From NCBI GenBank assembly GCA_965261125.1, contig CBDHCS010000006.1:461446-525445 (forward strand): a stretch of 64,000 bases of DNA, in the 5' to 3' direction. Below, in pieces: positions 50,943-60,911 of the stretch. Below the pieces are notes generated by a model. The model saw only the letters and a list, made by a program, of their open reading frames with translations, did not search any database and was not told the origin of the DNA. This stretch comes from Candidatus Poribacteria bacterium. Lineage in GTDB: Bacteria; Poribacteria; WGA-4E; WGA-3G. The stretch's first letter is position 1, and the number at the start of each line of letters is the position of its first letter. Made by a program: the position numbers and the translations under genes.

Positions 50943-51260
50943 ATCTGACTCCTGATAAGGTGCTGACCCCCATTGTGCGTGGTGTGGCAGGACTTACAAT
51001 CCTACCACTGAGTCAGTCTTATGAGTATACCACAAAATACAACAAATTTCATAAGTTTTTGGACCCAAGCATAAATGCTTGGGTTTGTTAACTAAGTCTT
51101 GTCAAGAGTATGTCAATAGAGACATTCCCAAATCCTTGCAAAAATTCATCACTTCTGCTAAAATTCCACATTGATAAAAAACAATCCGTGATAACATCTA
51201 ATAGCAGCCGGTTAAAGTATTAGACATATCTCCAAGTCTCTTCTGGTAATTTTTAGAAAC

Positions 51261-51941
51261 ATGCACAACAATAACCCTGGCACCCTTTACCTCGTTAGCA
51301 CACCAATCGGAAATTTAGAGGACATCACCTTACGTGCCTTACGCATCCTCAAAGAAGTAGACCTTATCGCTGCTGAGGACACCCGACAAACACGCAGGTT
51401 GTTAACACATTATGAAATCAAAACCGCACTCACGAGTTATTTCGAAGGCAATCAACAGACAAAATCTGAAAAACTTGTTACACGGTTGAAGGCAGGAGAA
51501 TCCGTTGCACTTGTATCAGATGCTGGCACCCCTACAATCTCTGATCCGGGCTACCCGCTTCTACAAGCATGTATCGCTGAAGCTGTTCCGATCGTACCAA
51601 TACCCGGTCCGTCAGCTATTCTCGCAGCGGCAGCAGTTTCAGGTTTACCGCTACACAACTTTACCTTTGAAGGTTTTCTCTCTCCCAAATCGGGAAAACG
51701 AAAACGTCAATTAACACAACTTGCAGATGAAGAACGAACGTTAATTCTTTTTGAATCACCGCATCGGCTCTGTCGTTTTCTTGAGGATGCACTCGCTGTG
51801 ATGGGAGAACGCGAGATAGTCATCACCCGTGAACTCACAAAACGGTTTGAAGAGATATTCCGCGGAAGTATCAGCCAAGCATTGGAAAAATTTCGATCTA
51901 CCGAACCACGCGGAGAATTTACTATTGTGATTGGAGTATAA
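51261..51941 (+). CDS. rsmI: 16S rRNA (cytidine1402-2'-O)-methyltransferase RsmI
   Basis: TLYLVSTPIGNLEDITLRALRILKEVDLIAAEDTR is the RsmI/tetrapyrrole-methylase-fold signature. Length 226 aa. Confidence 0.85.
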   Translation: MHNNNPGTLYLVSTPIGNLEDITLRALRILKEVDLIAAEDTRQTRRLLTHYEIKTALTSYFEGNQQTKSEKLVTRLKAGESVALVSDAGTPTISDPGYPLLQACIAEAVPIVPIPGPSAILAAAAVSGLPLHNFTFEGFLSPKSGKRKRQLTQLADEERTLILFESPHRLCRFLEDALAVMGEREIVITRELTKRFEEIFRGSISQALEKFRSTEPRGEFTIVIGV

Positions 51942-51943
51942 AA

Positions 51944-52885
51944 TTGTCAGACAACAAAATTGAAAACATTGCCGTAATCGGTGCAGGACTGATGGGACAC
52001 GGTATTGCACAAGAATTCGCATGTGCAGGCTACCGTATCCATCTCCACGACCTCACGAAAGAAAAGCTGAATAATGCGCTTGTCCAGATTAGCAAAAACC
52101 TAACGCTCCTTGCAGAAAACAGTGTCATTGAAAAGACGAGCATCCCCGAAGCAATGCAACACATTCAGACCACAACCGAACTCACCGAAGCCGCGGAAAC
52201 CGCTGATTTTGTCGTTGAGGCTGTCTCCGAGAATCTACCGCTAAAACAGCAGATTTTTGAAAGGTTAGATTCTCTCTGTCAACCGCATACAATTCTGGCA
52301 AGCAACACAACAGCACTAATGCCCAGCCAGATCGGTGCAAATACAAAACGCGCCGATAAGATACTCAATACCCATTACTTTAATCCACCTTACCTGATTC
52401 CGCTCGTTGAACTGATCCGTAGTCCCGATACATCCGATAAAACTGTGTCCGTGACGTTTGATCTCCTAACGGCTATCGGCAAAACGCCTGCGCTTATTGA
52501 AAAAGAGGCACTCGGTTTTGTGGGGCCGAGGCTGCAAGCTGCACTTATCCGAGAAGCGTTTGCCATCGTGGAGCGGGGCATCGCAAGTGCTGAGACGGTT
52601 GACCTTGTTGTACGCAACAGTTTCGGGAGGCGCCTCAGCGTTGCAGGTCCATTTGAAGTTTTCGAGCTCGCAGGATGGGATTTGGTACTTGATGCTTTTG
52701 AAGAACTCTACAAAGACTTGAACAGTGCCCCTGACATCAATCCGCTGCTCCGAGAAATGGTTGAATCTGATAAGCTCGGAGTGAAATCAGGTGAAGGTTT
52801 TTATGAATGGTCTGAAGAACGACAGCAAGCACTTCGCGATCGAATGAGTCAGGCATTAATTCGTGCTATTCAGCAAGATGGATAA
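51944..52885 (+). CDS. 3-hydroxyacyl-CoA dehydrogenase family protein (3-hydroxybutyryl-CoA dehydrogenase-like)
   Basis: IAVIGAGLMGHGIAQEFA NAD-binding motif plus the C-terminal 3HCDH dimerisation region. Apparent TTG start preceded by ggag. Confidence 0.8.
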   Translation: MSDNKIENIAVIGAGLMGHGIAQEFACAGYRIHLHDLTKEKLNNALVQISKNLTLLAENSVIEKTSIPEAMQHIQTTTELTEAAETADFVVEAVSENLPLKQQIFERLDSLCQPHTILASNTTALMPSQIGANTKRADKILNTHYFNPPYLIPLVELIRSPDTSDKTVSVTFDLLTAIGKTPALIEKEALGFVGPRLQAALIREAFAIVERGIASAETVDLVVRNSFGRRLSVAGPFEVFELAGWDLVLDAFEELYKDLNSAPDINPLLREMVESDKLGVKSGEGFYEWSEERQQALRDRMSQALIRAIQQDG

Positions 52886-52958
52886 TTGGTAGCGTTTCTA
52901 TCGGCTAAGTGGTTGCCTCCTGTGAACAAGTTTCGCGACACGTCTGGACTATCAACAA

Positions 52959-53633
52959 ATGTCCAAAAAACTCTCCGGTAACACGTTAAAATTCCTCATA
53001 GTCGGAATTGCAATTCTCTGCTTGGTCCTATTCTTTAGGCAGATTCAAGAATTTCTTCTTGAACTCATTACAGCATTTAAGAGCATTGAAACAGCCCGTG
53101 AATACATTGCAAGTTACGGTTTGTTTGCCCCGTTCATCTCGGCAACTCTCATGATCTTTCAGAGTGTTATCGCGCCGTTACCTGCGTTCCTTATCACAAT
53201 AGCGAACGGTGCGCTCTTTGGATTTTGGTGGGGTATGTCGCTATCGTGGGGCAGCGCGATGCTCGGTGCTGCCCTCTGTTTCTACATTTCCCGTTTTCTC
53301 GGTGCTAAACATGTGGCTCGAATCGTTAGTCAACCCGTTGTTCACAAAACCGACCAGTTCATCCAAAAATACGGCAACTATGCGATTTTGATTGCTCGCC
53401 TTATCCCGTATATCCCATTTGATGTTGTCAGTTATGCCGCAGGTTTAACGCGAATACGATTCATCGGTTTCTGGCTTGCCACGGGCATCGGACAACTCCC
53501 CGCCACCGCTGTTTACACTTACCTTGGCAACCGAATTTCTACGCATACAAATTTAATGCTTTTCGGTTTCGGCGTTGTAATATCTGTTTCTATTGTAATA
53601 TGGTTGGTAAAAGAGCGAAAAACCTCCAATTAA
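52959..53633 (+). CDS. DedA / TVP38/TMEM64 family membrane protein
   Basis: VIAPLPAFLITIANGALFGFWWGMSLSWGSAMLGAALCFYISRFLG is the DedA family core motif. Length 224 aa. Confidence 0.8.
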   Translation: MSKKLSGNTLKFLIVGIAILCLVLFFRQIQEFLLELITAFKSIETAREYIASYGLFAPFISATLMIFQSVIAPLPAFLITIANGALFGFWWGMSLSWGSAMLGAALCFYISRFLGAKHVARIVSQPVVHKTDQFIQKYGNYAILIARLIPYIPFDVVSYAAGLTRIRFIGFWLATGIGQLPATAVYTYLGNRISTHTNLMLFGFGVVISVSIVIWLVKERKTSN

Positions 53634-53760
53634 CGTTAGCGCGCGTACAGAGACCCTCCAACGATGAAACAAGACCATAAACTAATTGACATCAATCACA
53701 CTTTAAGGTAAATTCTCTACACAACAACATATTATCCCTTATATAAAAGGAAATAGAATT

Positions 53761-54729
53761 ATGATTCGGATAGGTGTTATTGGAGTAGGTGGCATGGGCA
53801 ATGGCCACTGTAACGCGCTCCCCAATGTAGAAAATTGTGAATTTGTAGGCGTAGCGGATCTACGACTTGACGCGGCAAAAGCTGTCGCTGAACGACACAA
53901 TATCCGCGCATTCCAAGACTATCAAGAACTTTTCCCACTCGTTGACGGTGTTGTCGTTGCTACGCCGCCTGTGGCACATACCAAAGTTGTCGTTGATGCG
54001 GCAGAAGCAGGCGTACACGCCTTCTGTGAAAAACCGCTCTCTTTAACACTTGAAGAGGCAGACAAAATGATCGAAGCGTCAGACAAAGCCGGTACACATC
54101 TGATGGTTGGTCAAGTCCTCCGCTTCTATCCTGTGCACGAACTTGGCAGAAAGATGGTGGATAACGGGGACATCGGTGATGTTGTCTATATTGAAACTGA
54201 TTATACCGGCCCCTATAATGCTCCGCGCGGTAGACCGGATAGTTGGTATGGCACTGTCGGTGGATTGTTAGAGAACGGCATCCACAAATCTGACTTGATC
54301 AATTGGTTTGGTGGTACTGCCCTGACCGTTGCAGCGGAAGTTGGCAGTTTCTCTGGGCATGACGATTGGGAGGATTATACCGTCTCACTAATCCGATACG
54401 ATACCGGCACTGTAGGCATTTTGCGCTGGGGTGGTTTTCTTGGGGCACGCGGCACAAATGAAACAATCATTGACGGTTCCGAAGGATCGCTCCGTCTTGA
54501 TATGGCAGCGGATCTTGCATATCTCAAAAAACGTGGGGGCGATTGGGAAGAGATTGTCCCTGACCGTTCTGGTCCGAGCCATGTCGTTGGTGAACTGACT
54601 CATTTTGTCGAATGTATCCGAGACAACAAAAACCCCATGATTGATGGCAGAGGTGGCAAGCATGCAGTCGCTATTGTCTTAGCCACTTACGAATCGGCAA
54701 AAGAGAAGACAAAGGTGTCTATTGATTAG
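53761..54729 (+). CDS. Gfo/Idh/MocA family oxidoreductase
   Basis: IRIGVIGVGGMGNGH ... FVGVAD N-terminal Rossmann motifs. Length 322 aa. Confidence 0.85.
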   Translation: MIRIGVIGVGGMGNGHCNALPNVENCEFVGVADLRLDAAKAVAERHNIRAFQDYQELFPLVDGVVVATPPVAHTKVVVDAAEAGVHAFCEKPLSLTLEEADKMIEASDKAGTHLMVGQVLRFYPVHELGRKMVDNGDIGDVVYIETDYTGPYNAPRGRPDSWYGTVGGLLENGIHKSDLINWFGGTALTVAAEVGSFSGHDDWEDYTVSLIRYDTGTVGILRWGGFLGARGTNETIIDGSEGSLRLDMAADLAYLKKRGGDWEEIVPDRSGPSHVVGELTHFVECIRDNKNPMIDGRGGKHAVAIVLATYESAKEKTKVSID

Positions 54730-54850
54730 TTGACTTCTGAAAATCTGTAGGGGCGAGTCTTCGTCCCTACAGATTACAAGTGTTAGAAGGAAAGTTTCAG
54801 ATGAAATGGATTTAGAAAAGTCAAATTCATTTGCTACATCGCCCGGATTA

Positions 54851-55933
54851 TCAATATCCAAATTCTGCATATTTTTTAAGAGTTCGCCGATCAATACCTA
54901 ATGAAGCGGCTGCTTCAACTGCAGTCGGATATTTCTCAATGCGTGCCTGGGCAATTTGATGTAGAATTTGTTGCAAACTCATATCCGCTGTCCAGAATAT
55001 TTCTCTTTTTTGAAGATTGGGCAGATGTTCTAATACTTCATATATGATTTCGTGTTGTGTTTCTTCAGGAAGTGCTTCTAAGTGTGAAATCAAATCGGGG
55101 ACAGACATTGAATAGGATGTACGTTGTTTTGTGTCAAAGGGTAAGCTAGGTTTTTCCAAATCTGGAGCAATTAGTAAATTATCTGGAAAATTTTCGAGTT
55201 CAAGTTGGTCTGTTTTAGCAAGCGCGATCGCTGCATGAATAGTATTTCTAAGCTGCCGGATATTGCCGGGCCATGCTGCTTGTTCAATGTGGGTAAGTGC
55301 GGCTGGCGTAATCCCTGTAACATTTTTACCGTGTTTAGGAGCGAGTTCGCGAATAAAAAATCGGGCTAAAGGCTCGATATCTTCAGGCCGGTCCCGTAGT
55401 GGCGGCACCCGAAGCACCACACCATCAAGACGGTAATAGAGGTCCTCTCTAAATTCTTGCTGGGCAACTGCCATACCGATGCTTCTGTTTGTTGCTGCGA
55501 TCAGTTGGACATCCGTTGTCAAAACTTGATTTCCACCAAGCCGCGTGAATGCGCCTGTGTCCAGGAAACGGAGGAACATCTTTTGGGCATCAAGACACAT
55601 TTCGGTAATCTCATCTAAAAAAAGGACACCCCCATTTGCTGTTTCAAATGCTCCGCGGCGTTGGCTTTCTGCCCCGGTAAAAGCCCCTCTTTCATGTCCA
55701 AACAGTTCACTTTGCAGCAACTCAGCGGAAAACCTTCCACAATTGATAGCTACAAACGGGTTGTCTGATTTCGGATTTTTATTGTGAATATATCTCGCGA
55801 TCCCTTCCTTACCAACGCCAGTTTCACCAATAATGATGATCGGGATATCTGATGTTGCAATCTGTTGAATTGTGTGATAAATCGCTTGCATTGATGTTGA
55901 TGGTAATTCAGTGAACGTTGTCCCCCAATTCAT
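54851..55933 (-). CDS. sigma-54-dependent transcriptional activator, AAA+ domain + HTH only (PspF-like, no sensory domain)
   Basis: Walker A GETGVGKEG, the GAFTGA motif (GAFTGAES), an arginine-finger region and a C-terminal Fis-type HTH. Start MNWGTT after gaaggagg. Confidence 0.8.
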   Translation of the reverse strand: MNWGTTFTELPSTSMQAIYHTIQQIATSDIPIIIIGETGVGKEGIARYIHNKNPKSDNPFVAINCGRFSAELLQSELFGHERGAFTGAESQRRGAFETANGGVLFLDEITEMCLDAQKMFLRFLDTGAFTRLGGNQVLTTDVQLIAATNRSIGMAVAQQEFREDLYYRLDGVVLRVPPLRDRPEDIEPLARFFIRELAPKHGKNVTGITPAALTHIEQAAWPGNIRQLRNTIHAAIALAKTDQLELENFPDNLLIAPDLEKPSLPFDTKQRTSYSMSVPDLISHLEALPEETQHEIIYEVLEHLPNLQKREIFWTADMSLQQILHQIAQARIEKYPTAVEAAASLGIDRRTLKKYAEFGY

Positions 55934-56217
55934 AATTTCCTCCTTCAAGAAAAAAATAACGGAATAGACCTTCAAAAATGGTACTATAACGTATAATTTC
56001 GCGCAAGAAAAATGTAACTGTTTATAGTGAAACCTAAATATATATGCACACTCTCCAGTAGATGCGGTTTCCTAACCCCACCATAGCCGTCAATTTAAGA
56101 AAATATCTGTGTTATTGTGAACACCTCTAAATACGCGTATTTGGCGTTGATTCGTAGCGTGTCCATAATTATACGACTTGTGCTAGTTACGTGATAGTTT
56201 TGTTGTTTTTCACAACT

Positions 56218-56290
56218 GTTCATATTCTGTAGGAGCGATCTCCGAATCGCGACACGTTTGTAGTCGGGAATCGGAGTTCCCTCCTACTTT
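56218..56290. repeat. MITE family B core copy (halves in swapped order)
   Basis: gtaggagcgatctccgaatcgcgac ... gtcgggaatcggagttccctcctac is a long imperfect palindrome. Confidence 0.5.
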
Positions 56291-56503
56291 TATGGTAGTC
56301 AGGTATCAAAAGTAGCGGAATTCAAACCCAAACGAGACGAACATGTGAAATACAAACATACCTAATGTTAACTAGCACAACGCGTTAATTATGGTTTTTA
56401 CTATAAGAAATGGTATGAAGTTTTTTGGGATGACAAAAACCTTGAAAACTGCACTTGATCCTGCTATAATAACGAGAATCTCAGTATCGGAGTATAAAAG
56501 AAA

Positions 56504-58033
56504 ATGGCAGTCCCACTTCTTAGCATGCAAGCAATTACAAAAGATTTTCCCGGCGTGCGTGCGTTAGATAACGTGAGTTTTGAAGTACATGCTGGTGAGA
56601 TTCATGCCTTGTGTGGTGAGAATGGGGCAGGCAAATCAACGTTGATTAAAGTTCTCGGCGCGGTGCATCCTTATAGCACTTATCAAGGACAACTACATAT
56701 CAACGGTGTTGAACAACGTTTCCGCAACGTGCGTGATGCTGAAAGTGCTGGTATCGCTGTCATTCATCAGGAATTGGCATTGATTCCAGAAATGACGGTA
56801 GCCGAGAATATCTATCTTGGCAGGGAACCGCGCCGATTTGGTATAATTGACAAATCACGCTTGTATCATGATGCGGGACAGTTGTTGGCGCAATTTGGAT
56901 TGGAAATTCAGCTACAGGGGCAAGTCTATAAACTCGGTATTGGACAACAGCAACTTGTGGAGATAGCAAAGGCGTTATCCCGTGACGCGCGGTTGCTTGT
57001 GCTTGATGAACCGACAGCAGCGTTGACTCAAAGTGAAGTCGATATTCTCCATCAGATTCTGACTCAGCTCCGGAACAAGGGTGTAGCCTGTATCTATATC
57101 ACTCACAAACTCAAGGAGATATTTCAGATTGCAGACCGTGTGACTGTGCTACGTGATGGTGAAACGATTGCAACGCAATTAATTGATGAATGCACCGAAG
57201 ACATATTGATTTCGCAAATGGTTGGTCGGGAATTGACAACACTTTTTCCGGACCGTGAACATTTTTCAACATCGTCGAAAGACACGAAAGCAGCATTACG
57301 GGTTGAAAATTTAAACACTTATCCGTCAGAACCGCCACGTCTTGAGAATATCAGTTTTGAGGTGCGGCGTGGAGAAATCCTTGGAATTGCAGGACTAATG
57401 GGAGCAGGCAGAACTGAACTGATAAACGCTCTTTTTGGTGCATCTTCGGATACACCGGATGGTAAGATATATAGAGATGAAGCAGAAGTCAGGATTCGTT
57501 CACCGCGCGATGCGATACGATATGGAATGGCATTAGTCAGCGAAGATCGGAAAAGATATGGACTTATTTTGGAAAACGATGTTGTGCAAAACATGACGCT
57601 TGCAAATCTAAGTTCATCCAGAGAAATTACATCGTATGGGATGATCAACCGTCGGGTAGAGTATCAGAAAAGCACACAATCTGTGGACTCACTTCGCATA
57701 AAAGCGTCTTCGTTAGATGTTCCTGTTCGTCAGCTTAGCGGTGGAAATCAGCAGAAAGTTGTTTTAGGGAAATGGCTCATGACACGTCCGACGGTGCTAT
57801 TTCTTGATGAACCGACACGCGGAATTGATGTCGGAGCAAAGGCAGAAATCCATGCATTGACGGCTAAACTTGCAGACGAAGGCGTTGCTATCGTGTTGGT
57901 ATCTTCAGAGTTGCCAGAGATTTTGGGAATGAGTGATCGAGTATTAGTATTACATGAAGGCAAGATTACAGGCGAATTTGTCAATGAGAATTTGACGCAA
58001 GAGGATATCTTGCGGTGTGCAGCGGGAGCGTAA
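56504..58033 (+). CDS. sugar ABC transporter ATP-binding protein with duplicated ABC domains (RbsA/XylG/MglA-like)
   Basis: Two ABC cassettes (GENGAGKST / LSIGQQQLVEIAKAL and a second LSGGNQQKVVLGKWL). No permease or binding-protein gene is adjacent. Confidence 0.8.
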   Translation: MAVPLLSMQAITKDFPGVRALDNVSFEVHAGEIHALCGENGAGKSTLIKVLGAVHPYSTYQGQLHINGVEQRFRNVRDAESAGIAVIHQELALIPEMTVAENIYLGREPRRFGIIDKSRLYHDAGQLLAQFGLEIQLQGQVYKLGIGQQQLVEIAKALSRDARLLVLDEPTAALTQSEVDILHQILTQLRNKGVACIYITHKLKEIFQIADRVTVLRDGETIATQLIDECTEDILISQMVGRELTTLFPDREHFSTSSKDTKAALRVENLNTYPSEPPRLENISFEVRRGEILGIAGLMGAGRTELINALFGASSDTPDGKIYRDEAEVRIRSPRDAIRYGMALVSEDRKRYGLILENDVVQNMTLANLSSSREITSYGMINRRVEYQKSTQSVDSLRIKASSLDVPVRQLSGGNQQKVVLGKWLMTRPTVLFLDEPTRGIDVGAKAEIHALTAKLADEGVAIVLVSSELPEILGMSDRVLVLHEGKITGEFVNENLTQEDILRCAAGA

Positions 58034-58464
58034 TGGAAAAAGAATTTAGGACAGAGAGTCCAGAGGAGACGAAAGCTCTCGGTGAAAAACTCGGTAAAAC
58101 ACTGAAACCCGGTGACGTTATCGCACTGATTGGTGACCTCGGTACAGGCAAAACGTGTTTAACACAGGGCATAGCGCGCGGTGTTGGTATTGCACCAGAT
58201 GAAGTCGTCAGCAGTCCTTCCTATATCCTCATAAACGAATATAACGGAAAGATTCCTATCTATCATATTGACCTATATCGACTTGAAACTGCTGCGGAGG
58301 TCGCTGACCTCGGATTAGGTGAGTATATTCACAGCAACGGCATCTGCATTATTGAGTGGGCAGAACGGATGGCAGACGGATTGCCAGATACTTGTATAAA
58401 GATACACATTACGTGGGAAGATGAAAATACCCGATCCATCAAAATACAACATCCTATATCTTGA
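58033..58464 (+). CDS. tsaE: tRNA threonylcarbamoyladenosine biosynthesis protein TsaE (YjeE)
   Basis: P-loop GDVIALIGDLGTGKTCLTQGIAR plus SPSYIL. The ATG overlaps the upstream stop (taATGg). Confidence 0.8.
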   Translation: MEKEFRTESPEETKALGEKLGKTLKPGDVIALIGDLGTGKTCLTQGIARGVGIAPDEVVSSPSYILINEYNGKIPIYHIDLYRLETAAEVADLGLGEYIHSNGICIIEWAERMADGLPDTCIKIHITWEDENTRSIKIQHPIS

Positions 58465-59638
58465 TAGCGGTTCAGGCATTGGCGGTGGACAACGAAGCCT
58501 ACTGCTATTATTGAAGTTGTTAGACAAACAACGTTGGACACCTTTTGTGGGTTGTCTCAGTGGGAGTCCGTTTGCTGCAGAAGTGGTAAAGACAGATGTG
58601 CAAGTTGTGCCATTGTCTCTTCCTGAAGCGCACAACAAAACCGATAAGGTTAAGCGATTTACGTTCCGAGATTTGCTCAACGACTTTCGACAACTTCGGG
58701 TCATCCCACAACTCCATCGTGTTGTAAAGCAGCATGAAATTGCGCTAATTCATGCCAATTCGCTTTCCGTGGCACTGCTCGGCGGCATCGTTGCAAAAAT
58801 GAACCGCATCCCAATCCTCATGCACAAGCGCTATGCTACATCTTACGGTATTTTAGACAAAATATGTGAAAAATTGCTAAATCGGGTAATTCTGGTATCG
58901 GAGGCAACACGTTGGGATTTCGCACCTGAAGCAAAGCAGACTCTCATCTATAACGGGGTGGATTTAGAGGCATTTCAGGCATCACAAGCAGAAGTCCAAA
59001 CCCTTCAGACAGAGCTCTTTTCTGAAAATGCTAAGGCTGTGCATAGTGATACAGAATCAACAACGCCGATACTTGTTGGAGTCGTGACTCGGATAACGCC
59101 AGAGAAGGGTATCCATTTTCTGGTGAGAGCGATGGCTGAGTTGAAAAAGACTTTTATTGATGACTCAGTTGATGTCAAACTACTAATTGTCGGTGGTCCC
59201 TATTTTCAGAAAGACCACGATTATATGGTTTCGCTAAAACAAGAGGTAACCGATTTAGGCGTTGAGGATTCTGTCGTCTTCACCGGTTTTTTATCCGATA
59301 CACGAGTGGTTACGACATTGCTTGACATTGTATTAGTGCCTTCTATTATTCCAGAGGCTTGCCCACGCACTATCATTGAAGCGATGGCAGTTGGCAAACC
59401 GGTCATTGCTACGCCACTTGGTGGGAGCAAAGAACTGGTCACACCTGAAACAGGAATTTTGGTACCACCTGAAAATGCCGAAGCAATTGCATCTGCTATT
59501 GCAAAACTTGCGACTGATCGCGAACAGTTAACGTCGATGGAAAAAGCAGCACGTCAACGTGCAGAGCATTTGTTTAGTAGCGAAAAGAACACGGCTTTGA
59601 CAGAGTCTGTTTATACAGAACTATTAACAGAATGTTAA
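58421..59638 (+). CDS. family 4 glycosyltransferase (GT4 / group 1)
   Basis: C-terminal GT-B retaining glycosyltransferase motifs (E...PSIIPEACPRTIIEAMAVGKPVIAT). Length 405 aa. Confidence 0.75.
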   Translation: MKIPDPSKYNILYLDSGSGIGGGQRSLLLLLKLLDKQRWTPFVGCLSGSPFAAEVVKTDVQVVPLSLPEAHNKTDKVKRFTFRDLLNDFRQLRVIPQLHRVVKQHEIALIHANSLSVALLGGIVAKMNRIPILMHKRYATSYGILDKICEKLLNRVILVSEATRWDFAPEAKQTLIYNGVDLEAFQASQAEVQTLQTELFSENAKAVHSDTESTTPILVGVVTRITPEKGIHFLVRAMAELKKTFIDDSVDVKLLIVGGPYFQKDHDYMVSLKQEVTDLGVEDSVVFTGFLSDTRVVTTLLDIVLVPSIIPEACPRTIIEAMAVGKPVIATPLGGSKELVTPETGILVPPENAEAIASAIAKLATDREQLTSMEKAARQRAEHLFSSEKNTALTESVYTELLTEC

Positions 59639-59687
59639 AAACTTGGCATTTGCTGTCTAATTTACGAAACTTGGAGAAGGAGTCGCA

Positions 59688-60728
59688 ATGGATGGGGAAA
59701 GAGGTAAACTGAGTAGTCCGACTCAGGACGCACAGGTTAGCCAAGGCAGATTAAATCAAGTTTCTGAGTTTATAGGTGAGGAAGTCGGTGACACTTCCGA
59801 TTGGGTTGAGATTTACCGCACTAACGATGAGTGGGAAGTAAAACTCATCCAGGCGACTTTAGGTGCGCAACAGATTCGCTGTCGTCCTGTACAGGTAAAA
59901 CAGGAACGCCGAACCGCCCTGTTTGTAGCACCGGAGCATGAGATTACTGCGCTTGAACTGGTAAGTCAAATTGACGTGGCAATTGCTGATAACGAAATTA
60001 CATCACAGTCTGAAGAAACTGCAGAAGCACTCAAACAACGGGACATGGCTGCTGTCGCAGAGGAAGATCCACAATTGGCTGCTGATTCTGGAGAGATATT
60101 ACTTGCACAACGCGAAGGTATTGGCAGTGTTGTTTATGTAGAAGGACAAGGGTATGAAATCCGTGTTGGTTCGGAACCTTATGTCACCGTGGCGGAAAAC
60201 GACTGGGAGGAGTTTACAGATTTCAGCGCGCAACGTCAAGAGTTCGTTATGCTTCTCCGACACGAATATCCGGAGCTTTATGCGTGGATTCAGGAGGAAA
60301 AACTGTTAGCTGAATTCATTCGACTCATTGAGATGACATATCAAGATGATGCCCCTGTTCCTGTGCTACCACGTCAGTACGCTGATATTTCCGAGACAGA
60401 AACAGATACGACACCCTATAACTCGTTTGCCTTGTTGAGTTTGACAGTTGCTGTGATTTCACTTATCACAGTGCTTTTCCGAGTACCATGGCAAGTCAAC
60501 CTTGTGTTGGCTGCGTTTGTCGTATTGTCAGGTGTTATAGCCCTTTTCAGGATCCGTATGCAAGCAGAACGTCTTACCGATGATGAAAAAACGGTGGGAA
60601 CGCCGATGGCACTCATCGCGATTGTGTTAGCGTGTCTGGTTGTCGTGTTTTCGTGGTGGTTGGATCAGCGTCCGGAACATGAGGCACCAGTGAATCCGCC
60701 TGTACGCGAGCAGGCAGGGGATCGGTAG
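59688..60728 (+). CDS. hypothetical protein with DUF2007-like N-terminus and two C-terminal TM helices
   Basis: DWVEIYRTNDEWEVKLIQATLGAQQIRC resembles the DUF2007 fold. It has an acidic middle region and two hydrophobic helices near the C-terminus. Confidence 0.45.
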   Translation: MDGERGKLSSPTQDAQVSQGRLNQVSEFIGEEVGDTSDWVEIYRTNDEWEVKLIQATLGAQQIRCRPVQVKQERRTALFVAPEHEITALELVSQIDVAIADNEITSQSEETAEALKQRDMAAVAEEDPQLAADSGEILLAQREGIGSVVYVEGQGYEIRVGSEPYVTVAENDWEEFTDFSAQRQEFVMLLRHEYPELYAWIQEEKLLAEFIRLIEMTYQDDAPVPVLPRQYADISETETDTTPYNSFALLSLTVAVISLITVLFRVPWQVNLVLAAFVVLSGVIALFRIRMQAERLTDDEKTVGTPMALIAIVLACLVVVFSWWLDQRPEHEAPVNPPVREQAGDR

Positions 60729-60773
60729 GTGCAATTCAGGCAGAAAAATACCTTTAAAATGGATCTGCCTTAA

Positions 60774-60802
60774 TTGACAAATCAAGCGAAATGTGTTATC
60801 CT
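60774..60802 (+). promoter_or_regulatory. sigma-70-type promoter (TTGACA-N17-TATCCT)
   Basis: Exact -35 hexamer TTGACA, a 17-bp spacer and a -10 TATCCT, about 110 bp upstream of the UPF0175 gene. Confidence 0.45.
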
Positions 60803-60911
60803 ATCTTTCACAGTGATATTTTTTGTCTCTGGGTGCAAGCTTCGGACAAAGATAAAATAAAATGATGTCCTTATGAATCTGACTCTTGGTAATTTTTAGG
60901 AGGTAATACCG

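Larger units (their letters stand above)
49690..51100 (-). mobile_element. solo-TnpB IS element (IS1341-like); ends approximate
   Basis: tnpB is flanked by a subterminal perfect palindrome acccaagca-taaa-tgcttgggt (51063-51084, LE side) and a hairpin-rich RE side (49690-49860). Confidence 0.5.

Noticed and set aside
55976-56503. Sigma-54 (-24/-12) promoter upstream of the sugar-ABC ATPase
   Set aside because: The only TGGC-containing candidate (about 56140, tggcgttgattcgtagc) lacks a correctly spaced TTGC -12 element.
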